Virus record (IMG/VR): IMGVR_UViG_3300047160_025247
Length of the DNA stretch: 64,000 nucleotides
Direction: 5' to 3' (one strand)
Source of the DNA: a virus
Both the position numbers and the translations under genes were made by a program. Under the pieces are notes generated by a model. It saw nothing but the letters and a program-made list of their open reading frames with translations, ran no database searches and was not told the origin of the DNA. Positions 18,472 through 27,505 of the stretch are shown one piece after another. Numbering within the stretch: the first letter of the stretch is position 1; every line of letters begins with the position of its first letter.

Positions 18472-19515
18472 TCAGTTGCCGTTGAGGTAGCTGTCCATGT
18501 ACTTCTGGCCCTCGGTCAGGTAGCCGTCGACACCGGCCATCGCGTCGTCCGGGCCGGCGAGGTCGTCGTCGTCGCCGGTGCCCTGGTAGGCGGGCGAGTC
18601 GACGTAGCCGTCCATCTGGTCGGTCATGTCGCCGGTGCCCTGGTAGGCCGGGCTGTCGACGTAGCCGCCGGTGCCCTGGTAGGCCGGGCTGTCGACGTAG
18701 CCGCTGAGGCCCGCCATGCCGTTCACCGGGCCCGCCTTGGCGGTGGCCGGGAGCGCGGCGGCGGCCGGCGCGAGCATCGGCGCCGAGGCGGTCACGCGGT
18801 TGATCAGCGAGCCGATCATGCCGGGCGAGACGATCTCGACGAGCGAGGCGACCGCGCCGCCGACCATCACGGCCTTCTTGAGGTCCGCGTTGCGGATGAA
18901 CTTGCTGGCGACGAAGCCGAGGGTGAACGGCACCATGCCGCCGAGCACGCGCTTGACGGTCGGGCTGCCCATGAACGAGCCGGCGCCGACGCGGTTCAGT
19001 AGCGGGACGATGACGCTGGCGGTCACCATGCCGCCGAGCGCGTAGGTGCCGAGCGCGCCGCCGGCGGCGAACGCGATGTGCTTGATCTTCTTCGGACCCT
19101 TGAAGGTCGAGAGGATCTCGCGAGGGGCGCGCTTCACCGCGCTCATGTAGCCGGACAGAGCCTTGATCTTCATGGGATTCTTCCTGGAGTGGCGGCGGCG
19201 CGGGTTCGTCCACGCGACCTTGTGGTATGAACGGGAGCCGGAGCGCTTGAGCGAACCGCGGTACGCGACGCCGCCGAGGCGGCCGGACCATGCGATGCCC
19301 TTGACGTGGTGCCGCTTCCCGCGGTGCTTCACCGCCGAGTGCGAGCTGATGCGGTAGCGACCGCCGCCCTTGATCTTGTGCAGACGGCCGGTGCGGTGCT
19401 TCGCGCGCCACTGCGCCTGCGTGAGGCGCTTGCGCGACGGGAATCCGCGGCGCGGCAGGGGATTGCCGAGCAGGGCCAGATGCAGGCCGGGGTTGGACAT
19501 CAGCATGACGGTCAT
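18472..19515 (-). CDS. putative virion core/membrane polyprotein (NP-delimited basic segments, hydrophobic helices, C-terminal repeats)
   Basis: Four NP motifs, Arg/Lys-rich N-terminus, hydrophobic middle, three GYVDSPAYQGTG repeats. Start uncertain (19500-19527). Confidence 0.65.
   Translation of the reverse strand: MTVMLMSNPGLHLALLGNPLPRRGFPSRKRLTQAQWRAKHRTGRLHKIKGGGRYRISSHSAVKHRGKRHHVKGIAWSGRLGGVAYRGSLKRSGSRSYHKVAWTNPRRRHSRKNPMKIKALSGYMSAVKRAPREILSTFKGPKKIKHIAFAAGGALGTYALGGMVTASVIVPLLNRVGAGSFMGSPTVKRVLGGMVPFTLGFVASKFIRNADLKKAVMVGGAVASLVEIVSPGMIGSLINRVTASAPMLAPAAAALPATAKAGPVNGMAGLSGYVDSPAYQGTGGYVDSPAYQGTGDMTDQMDGYVDSPAYQGTGDDDDLAGPDDAMAGVDGYLTEGQKYMDSYLNGN
18574..18702 (-). repeat. three near-identical 36-bp coding repeats (GYVDSPAYQGTG)
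   Basis: GCCGGTGCCCTGGTAGGC(G/C)GG(C/G)(GA/CT)GTCGACGTAGCC occurs three times; two copies are directly tandem. Confidence 0.9.
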
Positions 19516-19647
19516 CGCGGCAACCAATCCCCGAGGCGGGGAGCGCGGACACGTATGCTGCAGATCGGGTGGCGCTCTTCAGAGCGCACGCAATCGCATG
19601 CTGATAGGGCTATCCTACGACCAGAAAATTCGGTTGCAAGGCCTGGC

Positions 19648-19665
19648 TGTCCGTTCTAGCGGACA
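19648..19665. promoter_or_regulatory. palindromic site TGTCCG-N6-CGGACA (perfect copy)
   Basis: TGTCCG-TTCTAG-CGGACA upstream of the capsid operon. Confidence 0.7.
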
Positions 19666-19760
19666 CGACCGTAACGGTTTCAGCAACGCTCGATCGTTTT
19701 GTAACTGAATTTTCAGGGACGTACGCGTTTCGAAACTGACTAAGGGCGGTTGATGGATTG

Positions 19761-19794
19761 TGTATTTACACGGTACATGTACATATACGCGTAT
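19761..19794. promoter_or_regulatory. cluster of short palindromes overlapping the start of the RHH-capsid fusion gene
   Basis: TGTATTTACA (19761-70), GTACATGTAC (19773-82), ATACGCGTAT (19785-94). Confidence 0.5.
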
Positions 19795-20512
19795 GACAAA
19801 AAAGGCGATGACCCTCCGGCTCGATGACGACCTGCTGAAGTGGTACCAGGGTCTCGGCGCCGGCTACCAATCCATCATTCAGCGCGTTCTGCGCGACCAC
19901 CAACGCAACACCGGAGGCGACATGTCCAAGTCACGAGCACCCAAGGGATCACCGTACGTCGAACCTGCTGGTCCCGATGCGGGCCCGGTGCTCGTCGAGG
20001 TCGACGATGTGGTGCAGGGAAAGATCCGCTTGGAGCAGATCGACTGCCCGCTCTACGACACGCAGGTGCAGACCAACCCCTACACGCTGCCGAAGAATCG
20101 GCGCGCCGATGCGCTCGAACGACCGCTGCCGATCCTCTTCTTCAACTCGGGGATGGCGGGGCGCTCCGACGCCTACACCAACCTCTACACCTGTGGGCAG
20201 CTCAGCTGGCCGAAGAAGTTCGACGCCTCCGGTATCGAGATGGTCATCAACGATCTGATCGAGCTGAAGGATCTCGTCCTGCGCTTCCACGTCGGCGAGG
20301 TGGTGCAGAAGACGATTCCGCTGCTCAACATGAAGATCGTGGAGGACCGCAAGCGGAAGACGATCACCTGCTCATCGCCGGTATGGAACCCGACGGTGCA
20401 CATCCCGTCGGTGCAGCACTTCAGGGTCGAGCTGAGCACCGGCGAGCAGTATCTTGGCGACACCGAGGTCCGCTGCACGCTGCTCGGCAAGCTCAGCCGC
20501 GAGATTGTGTAG
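19793..20512 (+). CDS. BrnA-like ribbon-helix-helix domain fused to a paralog of the putative major capsid protein
   Basis: N-terminal TLRLDDDLLKWYQGLGAGYQSIIQRVLR; C-terminal QGKIRLEQIDCPLYD...TNLYTCGQLSWPKKF...LLGKLSREIV aligns with 17680-18255. Internal GGAGG-ATG at 19922. Confidence 0.75.
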   Translation: MTKKAMTLRLDDDLLKWYQGLGAGYQSIIQRVLRDHQRNTGGDMSKSRAPKGSPYVEPAGPDAGPVLVEVDDVVQGKIRLEQIDCPLYDTQVQTNPYTLPKNRRADALERPLPILFFNSGMAGRSDAYTNLYTCGQLSWPKKFDASGIEMVINDLIELKDLVLRFHVGEVVQKTIPLLNMKIVEDRKRKTITCSSPVWNPTVHIPSVQHFRVELSTGEQYLGDTEVRCTLLGKLSREIV

Positions 20513-20954
20513 CGCTGCGCGTGGGGATCTTGAGGTTGTCGGGGTCGGTCACCGCTTCCACGATGTCTTGCCAGTCGCCGACGCGCGCCTTGTTCAGGAA
20601 GGCGCGGTCCGTCTCCGCGGCGCGGTAGCGGATCGCGCGCAGCCGCGCCTCGCGCAGCTTCCGGTACATCACCGGCCCGAAGATCCAGTTGTGCGAGTGC
20701 ACGATGAACTCGGTGTCCTCGTCGCGGAAGCGTGCCGCGTGGTCGACGATCCAGTCGACAACGTCCTCACCGGTGCCAGGATCCACCGCGCCGAACTGGT
20801 CGAGATCGTGGTCGAGCAGCACGAGATCCCAGCGGTGCGTGCGCAGCTGGTCGATCGCGTCGCCGGAGGTCTCAACGTGCACCGCCTCGGGCATTGCCTC
20901 GGCGATGAGCGCGTGGCGTACCGGGTCGTCATCGAGAAAGAGGATGCGCTTCAC
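20493..20954 (-). CDS. stand-alone receiver-like protein (cyclic-phosphate processing receiver family)
   Basis: ILFLDDD...DLVLLDHDL...GEDVVDWI...IVHSHN. Confidence 0.75.
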   Translation of the reverse strand: MKRILFLDDDPVRHALIAEAMPEAVHVETSGDAIDQLRTHRWDLVLLDHDLDQFGAVDPGTGEDVVDWIVDHAARFRDEDTEFIVHSHNWIFGPVMYRKLREARLRAIRYRAAETDRAFLNKARVGDWQDIVEAVTDPDNLKIPTRSATQSRG

Positions 20955-21202
20955 GATTCACCTCGGGGGAGCACGAAGCCTTTCCTCACCGCGAAGAAGG
21001 ATTCGGTCACGGTTCCGTCACTGTCGATGTAGGCGCGCACCTTCGGCGTCCACGGGTAGTTTCCTACGACGATCTTGAACCGCCCCAGCTCCGACTCGAT
21101 CACCATCATGCGTACGCGGCGCTCGCGCGCTTCCGCTGCCGCTTTCGCGACGCGAGGCCCCAGCTCCGTGTAGCTGACCGCGTCGTCGAGCGACATCACC
21201 AT
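20951..21202 (-). CDS. hypothetical protein
   Basis: 83-aa ORF with ATGA-type coupling to both neighbours. Confidence 0.55.
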   Translation of the reverse strand: MVMSLDDAVSYTELGPRVAKAAAEARERRVRMMVIESELGRFKIVVGNYPWTPKVRAYIDSDGTVTESFFAVRKGFVLPRGES

Positions 21203-21203
21203 G

Positions 21204-21527
21204 TCAGGTAACCGGAGGCGGATCGGGCTGCTCTTCGCCGGTGCGGATCGTGGTCTTCTGGTTGCCGCGGTGCTTTGGGATGAGCGCGGTGGTTTTCGGC
21301 TGCGATGGGAGCGCAACGGGCGCGCGAGCGCGGAGTCGAACCCAGAGGCGCGAGCCACAGAGCGGGCAGTGCTTCGGTGGGCGCACCAGCGGAGGCTGCG
21401 TGCCTGGAAGGGACGGCGGCGCCATCGGCGGCCGATTGCTGAGCGAGACGTGGATCTGTCCGCCGCACGCTGGGCAGTCGACGAGCGCTGATGGCAGCTC
21501 TGCAGGCGTCGGCTGGTACTCGTCCAT
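21204..21527 (-). CDS. zinc-ribbon protein
   Basis: VDCPACGG and KHCPLCGS. Confidence 0.6.
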   Translation of the reverse strand: MDEYQPTPAELPSALVDCPACGGQIHVSLSNRPPMAPPSLPGTQPPLVRPPKHCPLCGSRLWVRLRARAPVALPSQPKTTALIPKHRGNQKTTIRTGEEQPDPPPVT

Positions 21528-21581
21528 GACCCCGTGCGCTCATCGTGCACAACGTTTGAATTACGTCCACGCGAGTAGCTA

Positions 21582-22082
21582 TCACCCGCGCAGCCATGAG
21601 TCGACGGTGAAGATGTTCCCGGGGCGCCGCTTGATGAACAGATTGCCGGCGGAGTCGCGCACGAGCGCGGGCATCACGCGCGGCGAGTAGTGGTCACCGC
21701 CTTTGTGCCCGGTGTCGCCGAAGGCGTGGTGCCACTGGTACGAGTTCTTCTCAGGCGAGCGCAGCGAGCGCGGCACGTCGTAGACCAGCGCCCGCACGAG
21801 GCCGATCTGCTTCAGCTGGCCGCGAGGCTCGGGGATGTCGACGAGCGACGTCGACTGCGCGGCGGTGCTGTGGAATCGGCGGTGTGCCTTCGCGACGACT
21901 GCAGGGAGCTTGCCGCCGGCGTTCTGCCGCACGATCGAGCCGATGCCGAAGCGCCGGCCCTTGGGCTGCCACACCAGCCACTTGCCGTTGAAACGCTGCG
22001 AGCGTGTGCGCCCAGTCTTGGGGTCGAAGATCTCCAGGCGGAGCAGGCGCCCGATGCCGAGCACTGCACCCTTGGCCGCCAC
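21582..22082 (-). CDS. basic hypothetical protein, probably virion-associated
   Basis: Last gene of the minus-strand structural run; YQWHHAFGD...MPALVRDSAGNLFI. GTG start uncertain. Confidence 0.55.
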   Translation of the reverse strand: MAAKGAVLGIGRLLRLEIFDPKTGRTRSQRFNGKWLVWQPKGRRFGIGSIVRQNAGGKLPAVVAKAHRRFHSTAAQSTSLVDIPEPRGQLKQIGLVRALVYDVPRSLRSPEKNSYQWHHAFGDTGHKGGDHYSPRVMPALVRDSAGNLFIKRRPGNIFTVDSWLRG

Positions 22083-22089
22083 GGTCAGC

Positions 22090-22434
22090 TCAGCGGCGAC
22101 GCAGGACCAGAAACCACAGCGCGAGACCGGCGACGGCGCCGATGGCGAGCTGCTTCTTCGAGACCGCACCGACGATCGGCAGGTTGATGTCGCCGTCGAG
22201 GAGACCGGCAAGGTCGTTCGGCACGGTGTCGATGCCGTTGGACAGCGAGCGGCCGAGCGGGTTGCTCAGCGACTGGTCCATCCGCGGATCGAGGTTCTGC
22301 GCGTGCGGGGCGGGCAGCACGCGCAGGCCAGGCGTGCGCAGCACGCGTGTCTTGGTGACTTCCTCGGTGAGCAGCTCGCCGGCGTTGCGGCCGGCGAAGA
22401 CGTCGTCGAGGTCATAGGACATGTCGCGCTGCAT
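22090..22434 (-). CDS. small protein with C-terminal TM anchor
   Basis: Ends LAIGAVAGLALWFLVLRRR. Confidence 0.7.
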   Translation of the reverse strand: MQRDMSYDLDDVFAGRNAGELLTEEVTKTRVLRTPGLRVLPAPHAQNLDPRMDQSLSNPLGRSLSNGIDTVPNDLAGLLDGDINLPIVGAVSKKQLAIGAVAGLALWFLVLRRR

Positions 22435-22476
22435 GGTGGATCCTGGGTGCGGGCGGTGGAGGTGAGGCGGCCGAGC

Positions 22477-23118
22477 TTACTTCCGCTTGCCCTTCTTGAG
22501 GTACAGGAAGAGGCCGATCGCTGCGGCGATGCCGCCGACGGCGAGCATGGTGCCGCTGATGCCCTTGTGCTGGCCCATGTTGGTCAGCATCTGCATCGCG
22601 GTCATGCGCTCGGTCGCGGCCTGCTGCGCCTGGGCGTTCGCCGCGGCAGCCTGGGCGTTCGCCGCCGCGATCTTCTGCTGCTGGGTGTTCGCGTAGATCT
22701 GCCCGGCCTGCTGCGCGAGCGCGACGCCGCTCTGGGTCAGCGCGTTCCAGTCGGTCGGCTGCGACGCCGGGGGCGGCGAGGGCGGGCCGTAGACCGGATC
22801 GGCGCCGAGGCCAGCCATGCCGGGGATGAACGCGCCGTGCTGGCGGTGCGCCGGCGCAACGGTCATCACGGCCTTGGCGCGGCCGGCGTGCACGATGCGC
22901 TCACGACCCTGCGGCTTGGTCACGATGCCGCGCGAGCGAGCGCCGCGGTGCGGGCCGGTGTCGCCCATGCCGCGGTTCGCCTGCGTGAACACCTCGACGT
23001 CCTGGGCGTCCTCGAACGGGTTGTCCGACTCCGCCTCGACCGAGATGGTGTTGCCGAACGGCTGCAGATCCACCTTCTGGATCTTGCGACGGTTGCTGGC
23101 GATTTCGTAGAGGGCCAT
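22477..23118 (-). CDS. membrane protein with C-terminal TM anchor and an MAGLG motif
   Basis: IPGMAGLGADP, Q/A-rich helix, ends IAAAIGLFLYLKKGKRK. Confidence 0.75.
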   Translation of the reverse strand: MALYEIASNRRKIQKVDLQPFGNTISVEAESDNPFEDAQDVEVFTQANRGMGDTGPHRGARSRGIVTKPQGRERIVHAGRAKAVMTVAPAHRQHGAFIPGMAGLGADPVYGPPSPPPASQPTDWNALTQSGVALAQQAGQIYANTQQQKIAAANAQAAAANAQAQQAATERMTAMQMLTNMGQHKGISGTMLAVGGIAAAIGLFLYLKKGKRK

Positions 23119-23122
23119 GGGC

Positions 23123-25939
23123 TTACTTTCGCTTCAGGAGGAGGTACGCGCCGAGACCGACGAGGCCGAGGGTCAGCGCGGAGGAGCCGACGGGGAAGGC
23201 GCCCATGCCGCTGAAGGCTGCGCCCGGCTGGTTCGCGTAGAGCGAGGCCTCGGAGGCATCGTCATCCGGGCCGGCATCGGCGGTGTTGGTCGCGTCGCCG
23301 CTCGGCGCACCGCCGCGGCGATGGCGATGGCGACGGCGGCGAGGCTGTGCCGCGGCGGCGGGGGCCGGCTGTGCGACGGCGACCACCGGCGCGCTCGCGC
23401 CGACGGAGTCCATCGCCTGGACTGGGCTCTTGAAGAGCGAGCCGAGCCACGACAGGAAGCCGGAATCGGCGCTCGGCGCCAGGGTCGGTGCGGCGCTCGC
23501 CGCCGCGGCAGCGACGGCGTCGGGCGTTGGAGCGCCGTTCTCGTCCGAGGTCGGTCCCATGTCCTCGGGACCGAAGGTGTCGACCGGCGTGGTGCTGTTC
23601 GAGGGGTCGCCGTAGTAGGACTGCTGCGCGACCGTCGGCGACTCGTCGGCCGGGTAGTCCTCCGACGACGGATCGAACGCGGTCTCGTCAGGGCTTGACG
23701 GCGAGTCGTACATCGTGTCCGGCGTCGGCGAGGATGCGCCTGGGTCACCGCCGCTCGGGTCGAAGTCCGAGCCGCTCGGGTCGCTGCTGTTGCCCGGGTC
23801 GAAGCTCGGATCGTAGGCCGACGGATCGCTGTTCGGGCCACCCGGCGTCGGGTACATGCCGCCACCGCCGCCGGAGGACGGATCCATGCTCGGATCGTAG
23901 TAGGACGGATCGTTCGACGACGGGCCGAGGTTGTTCTGGTTCTGGTTGGCGTAGGTCCACTGCCCGGTCGCCGGGTCGTAGACGTCGCCGGTCGCCGGGT
24001 CGGTCCACTTGCCGGTCGACGGGTCGTAGACGTAGCCGGTCGACGGGTCAGTGTACGGCTGGTTCGAGCCGGCGGTGGGCGCTGTGGGCTGGCTCGGCGC
24101 GCTCTGACCCTTCGGCTTGCGGAACATCGACTTGATGTTCGACGGCTTCACCGTGTTGAACAGCGAGCGGCCGGCGTTGTTCATCGAGCGCGCGATGTTC
24201 AGGTGCGACTGGACGATCTTCTGCGTCAGCTTCACCGGCGCGGTGGCGATCTTCGCCGGGATCGACGAGACGGCCTTGGTCACCTGCTGAAGCGGCTTGG
24301 TGATCGCCTTGGTCACCGAATGGAAGCTGAAGCGGCCGAGGTCACCGGCGAGGTCGTCGGAGTAGAGCACGCGGCCCATCTGGTCGCGCACCACAGCACC
24401 CTTGATCGGCGTCTTCAGCGGCGAGCGCGGGATCGCGCGGGCGCCGCGGTCGAACAGCTCCTTCTGCGCGGCCTGCACGGCCGGGACATCGTGGGCGACT
24501 TCGACGAGCGTGCCAACCTTGGTCGCCGCATGGCGCACCGGATCAAGTCCGGTCGGCAGCTTGGCGACGAGGTCCGGCGTGGCGAACGCGTGGTCGAGCG
24601 TCTTCAGGCGCGCGTAGGTGCGGCCGGCGGCGCGGCGGCGAACGTAGCTGCCGTTGGACGACTTCGCGACGAGCGCGCGAGCCTTGGCGGCGATGGCGGT
24701 CGCGAGCTGCGACACCGCGTTGGCGGCGCCAGCCTTCTCGTTGGCGACCGGATCCGCGCCGAGGCCGAAGATGGCGATCGAGCGGTTGACCTTGTCGGCG
24801 CGGTGGCGCGCGTGCTTCGCACGGTTCTCGGCGTGCACATGCGCGGCGACGGCCTTGTGCAGCGGGTCGGCCTTGCCGGCGACGCCCTGGAAGCCGGCGC
24901 AGGCGTTGACCTCGTGCTCCAGCGCCGACAGGTAGTCGGCGAGGCCGCCCAGCTCGCCCACCGTTGGGCCACCGGCGTTAGCCTTCGGCGCGAGGTTCTG
25001 CTTGCGGATGTTCACCGTGCGGATCGTCGGGCCGTGCACGCGCAGGTTCTTCACCGGCACGGTGTGCAGATAGCTCGTCATCACCTGCTCGGCGCGAGCG
25101 GTGAGCGGGCCATACGGGCGCAGCGAACCGCGAGGCGCGGTCTGCATCGGGTTCACGAGGTTGACGCTCTGGTCGAACATCGCGTCGAGATCTTCGCTCG
25201 GGCGCGTCACCTCGGCGGTGTTCATGATCCGACCGCGGCTGCCGGTGTCGGTGATGCGCGACTTCAGCGCCGGCACGACGGACGAGAGGTTGCGCACGTC
25301 GAGGTAGGACGGAGCGGAAGCGTAGGCGCCGAGGTTCATGTTGCCCAGTCCTGACAGGTCGGTGAAGAGCTTCTTCAGCTTGACTTTACTTGCCGGCGCT
25401 TCTTTTCCAAGCGGCCACTCGCGCATGATCGGATCCGCGGGGACCACTTCGCCGGCGTGCGCGTAGTTGCCCGGCGGCATGATGATGTGCAGGTAGACGT
25501 GGCTGTAGCGGCCGGGCTGGGTGCCGATGACGACTGGGTAGCTCTGGATCCCGATCGAACCGAGCAGCGCCATCTCCAGGATGGTCATGTCGTCGCAGTC
25601 GCCCGCCTGCGAGTTGAACGCCGTCTCCTCCGGGTAGCTGAGGGTCTCCTGGTTCAGCGTCGAGCCGTCGTCGGCGTCGCCGATCGGATCCTTCACGTAG
25701 CGGATGTGGTCGCGGACCCACTCGTGGATCGCCTTCGACATCCCGTAGTAGTCTTTGTTCGCGACGTTGGCCGCGTTCACGATGTTGATCGCGAGGGCGC
25801 GGATCTTCGCGCTGCGCGAGCCGTACTCGCCCTTCGCCATCTTCGACATCATCTGCACGGTGGCGTCGACGCCGGCGTTGCCCTCCGGCAGACGTCCGCG
25901 CTGCACATCGATATCGCCGTTGGCGAGATGCATGGTCAC
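23123..25939 (-). CDS. 938-aa polyprotein: N-terminal transglutaminase-like cysteine protease domain, G[LM]G-delimited modules, YDP repeats, C-terminal TM anchor
   Basis: WVRDHIRYVKDP, AGDCDD (Cys), YSHVY (His), PADP (Asp); ends LGLVGLGAYLLLKRK. Confidence 0.75.
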   Translation of the reverse strand: MTMHLANGDIDVQRGRLPEGNAGVDATVQMMSKMAKGEYGSRSAKIRALAINIVNAANVANKDYYGMSKAIHEWVRDHIRYVKDPIGDADDGSTLNQETLSYPEETAFNSQAGDCDDMTILEMALLGSIGIQSYPVVIGTQPGRYSHVYLHIIMPPGNYAHAGEVVPADPIMREWPLGKEAPASKVKLKKLFTDLSGLGNMNLGAYASAPSYLDVRNLSSVVPALKSRITDTGSRGRIMNTAEVTRPSEDLDAMFDQSVNLVNPMQTAPRGSLRPYGPLTARAEQVMTSYLHTVPVKNLRVHGPTIRTVNIRKQNLAPKANAGGPTVGELGGLADYLSALEHEVNACAGFQGVAGKADPLHKAVAAHVHAENRAKHARHRADKVNRSIAIFGLGADPVANEKAGAANAVSQLATAIAAKARALVAKSSNGSYVRRRAAGRTYARLKTLDHAFATPDLVAKLPTGLDPVRHAATKVGTLVEVAHDVPAVQAAQKELFDRGARAIPRSPLKTPIKGAVVRDQMGRVLYSDDLAGDLGRFSFHSVTKAITKPLQQVTKAVSSIPAKIATAPVKLTQKIVQSHLNIARSMNNAGRSLFNTVKPSNIKSMFRKPKGQSAPSQPTAPTAGSNQPYTDPSTGYVYDPSTGKWTDPATGDVYDPATGQWTYANQNQNNLGPSSNDPSYYDPSMDPSSGGGGGMYPTPGGPNSDPSAYDPSFDPGNSSDPSGSDFDPSGGDPGASSPTPDTMYDSPSSPDETAFDPSSEDYPADESPTVAQQSYYGDPSNSTTPVDTFGPEDMGPTSDENGAPTPDAVAAAAASAAPTLAPSADSGFLSWLGSLFKSPVQAMDSVGASAPVVAVAQPAPAAAAQPRRRRHRHRRGGAPSGDATNTADAGPDDDASEASLYANQPGAAFSGMGAFPVGSSALTLGLVGLGAYLLLKRK

Positions 25940-25943
25940 AGCC

Positions 25944-25961
25944 TATCCGTTATTTCGGACA
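25944..25961. promoter_or_regulatory. TGTCCG-N6-CGGACA-type site (1 mismatch)
   Basis: TATCCG-TTATTT-CGGACA, 4 nt upstream of the polyprotein ATG. Confidence 0.65.
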
Positions 25962-26033
25962 AGGGGATTGATTTTTCCCGAGCGATGCATGTGTGTCGAT
26001 TTACGCGATCCAGCCGGGTCAAGAAGGGTTGGG

Positions 26034-27167
26034 TTAGCGGTGATCCCGGAATGAGGTGTTCGTGGTCGGATGGACGCACCACACCCAGCCACGCTTGATC
26101 TTCGCGAAGCGTGGGTCGTACTTCACCGAGGTGCGGTTCAGCCAGAACTTTCCTTCCGGCGTGTAGACGACCTGCTCATACCCATGCTTCGGTAGCTTCC
26201 CGTTGCCGTACTGCTTCACGAGCGCGCCGGCTTCTTTATCGCTGACGTAGTAGTGTGAGTGACTGATGTGGCGAGACGAGTCGACGAGTTGCTTCGGGTT
26301 GATCTTCGTCTTCTTGATGGTCTTCGTGATCGTCGTGCTGGTGTGCCACTGCGCCTTCGAGCGCAGCTTCGCCTTCTTGCCGAGGCGACGCTTCGGGTTG
26401 ACCTCGGTGTCCGTCTCCAGCGAGATCTCGTCGTGGATGCGCGGCTTGTCGAGCAGCGCGATGCCTTCCTTCGTCCACGCCTTGAGGCTGTCCTCGTCCC
26501 CCGCGATGCCCGAACCGCTGCCAGGAAGCGCCGCAATGGAGAGGGAGATCAGATCCTTCCCCGCCTTCTCGTCCTTGTTGCGATAGCCGGGAGCCGGCCG
26601 GTAGCTGCCAGCACCGCCACGCGCCACGACCTTGCCCTTCCCGACCACCAGCTCCCAACTGCCATCATCGCGCCAGTAGGCGGTCAGCGGGCCGGCGCTG
26701 GTGTTGATGCGGTACATGTGCATGCCGGGGTTTGACTTCTTCCCGCCCGTCAGCAGCGACGCGAGGTGCTTGGTCACTTCCTTCTGGGACGTGAGCGAAG
26801 CCGTCGACTGCTGGATGAACGCCCAGCGGATCGCTTCGTATGCGATGTGGTCACCACTCTGTCGGGCCACCACCAGCGCGACCTTGAGCGCGTCGAGAGG
26901 GGAAGTTCCCGAGCGCAGCTCCCGCTTGAGCCGGCGCCCTGCAGTGCTCTGGTACCCGGTGGGGATGTCATGCAGCGCTTCGACAGCTGAGCGCGCCGGG
27001 TTCATCCGCGCCATACGCCGCGTCTCGGCGGTGCCGAGGTTGTACGGCCGCTTGATGCGAACCGTCGACGCGGTGCGCGGATCTCCGCTGCGGTGCCCCT
27101 TGCGGCGAGCCGCACCAAAGCCGAGCAGAGCAAGCGCGCCGCCGGCGCCGAGGATGTAGGGAAGCAT
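26034..27167 (-). CDS. NP-delimited basic polyprotein with N-terminal hydrophobic segment
   Basis: MLPYILGAGGALALLGFG, then modules separated by RMNP, KSNP, EVNP and KINP. Confidence 0.7.
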   Translation of the reverse strand: MLPYILGAGGALALLGFGAARRKGHRSGDPRTASTVRIKRPYNLGTAETRRMARMNPARSAVEALHDIPTGYQSTAGRRLKRELRSGTSPLDALKVALVVARQSGDHIAYEAIRWAFIQQSTASLTSQKEVTKHLASLLTGGKKSNPGMHMYRINTSAGPLTAYWRDDGSWELVVGKGKVVARGGAGSYRPAPGYRNKDEKAGKDLISLSIAALPGSGSGIAGDEDSLKAWTKEGIALLDKPRIHDEISLETDTEVNPKRRLGKKAKLRSKAQWHTSTTITKTIKKTKINPKQLVDSSRHISHSHYYVSDKEAGALVKQYGNGKLPKHGYEQVVYTPEGKFWLNRTSVKYDPRFAKIKRGWVWCVHPTTNTSFRDHR

Positions 27168-27178
27168 GGTAGCGTCCT

Positions 27179-27379
27179 TCAGCGTGTCTGTGAGCCGTGA
27201 GCGCGGAGGATGGCGGCCTTCAAGGCATCTGGCACCGGCTGTCCCGACTTCTGCAGCGCCGCTGCCTGGGTGAGCGCCGCGTCGCCAGCAGCCTGAACGC
27301 GTGCCGGATCGTTCGCCCGCTTCCAAAGGAAGTAGGCCACCACGGCGACGGCTCCGATGGCGAACGCGCTCTTCTTCAT
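27179..27379 (-). CDS. small membrane protein
   Basis: MKKSAFAIGAVAVVAYFLWKR. Confidence 0.7.
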   Translation of the reverse strand: MKKSAFAIGAVAVVAYFLWKRANDPARVQAAGDAALTQAAALQKSGQPVPDALKAAILRAHGSQTR

Positions 27380-27498
27380 CCCTTGGCCTTCTGCTTCCGC
27401 CGCTTCTTGCCGAACGCGCGGTCCCAGCCGGATTCGAAACGACGACGCTCCTCAGGAGAGTTGCCCCGCCGCGTCGAACCCTTGCCGTTCTCGCTCAT
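27376..27498 (-). CDS. 40-aa phage protein (GKGS...WDRxFGK type); not in the ORF track
   Basis: MSENGKGSTRRGNSPEERRRFESGWDRAFGKKRRKQKAKG; ATGA overlap with the next gene. Confidence 0.6.
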   Translation of the reverse strand: MSENGKGSTRRGNSPEERRRFESGWDRAFGKKRRKQKAKG

Positions 27499-27505
27499 GG
27501 CTCGA

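Noticed and set aside
18574-18702. CRISPR-like repeats
   Set aside because: The units are in-frame multiples of 3 inside a CDS, with no unique spacers of regular length.
19793-19921. Functional BrnT/BrnA toxin-antitoxin module
   Set aside because: No BrnT-like toxin is adjacent, and the RHH domain is fused to a capsid-like domain.
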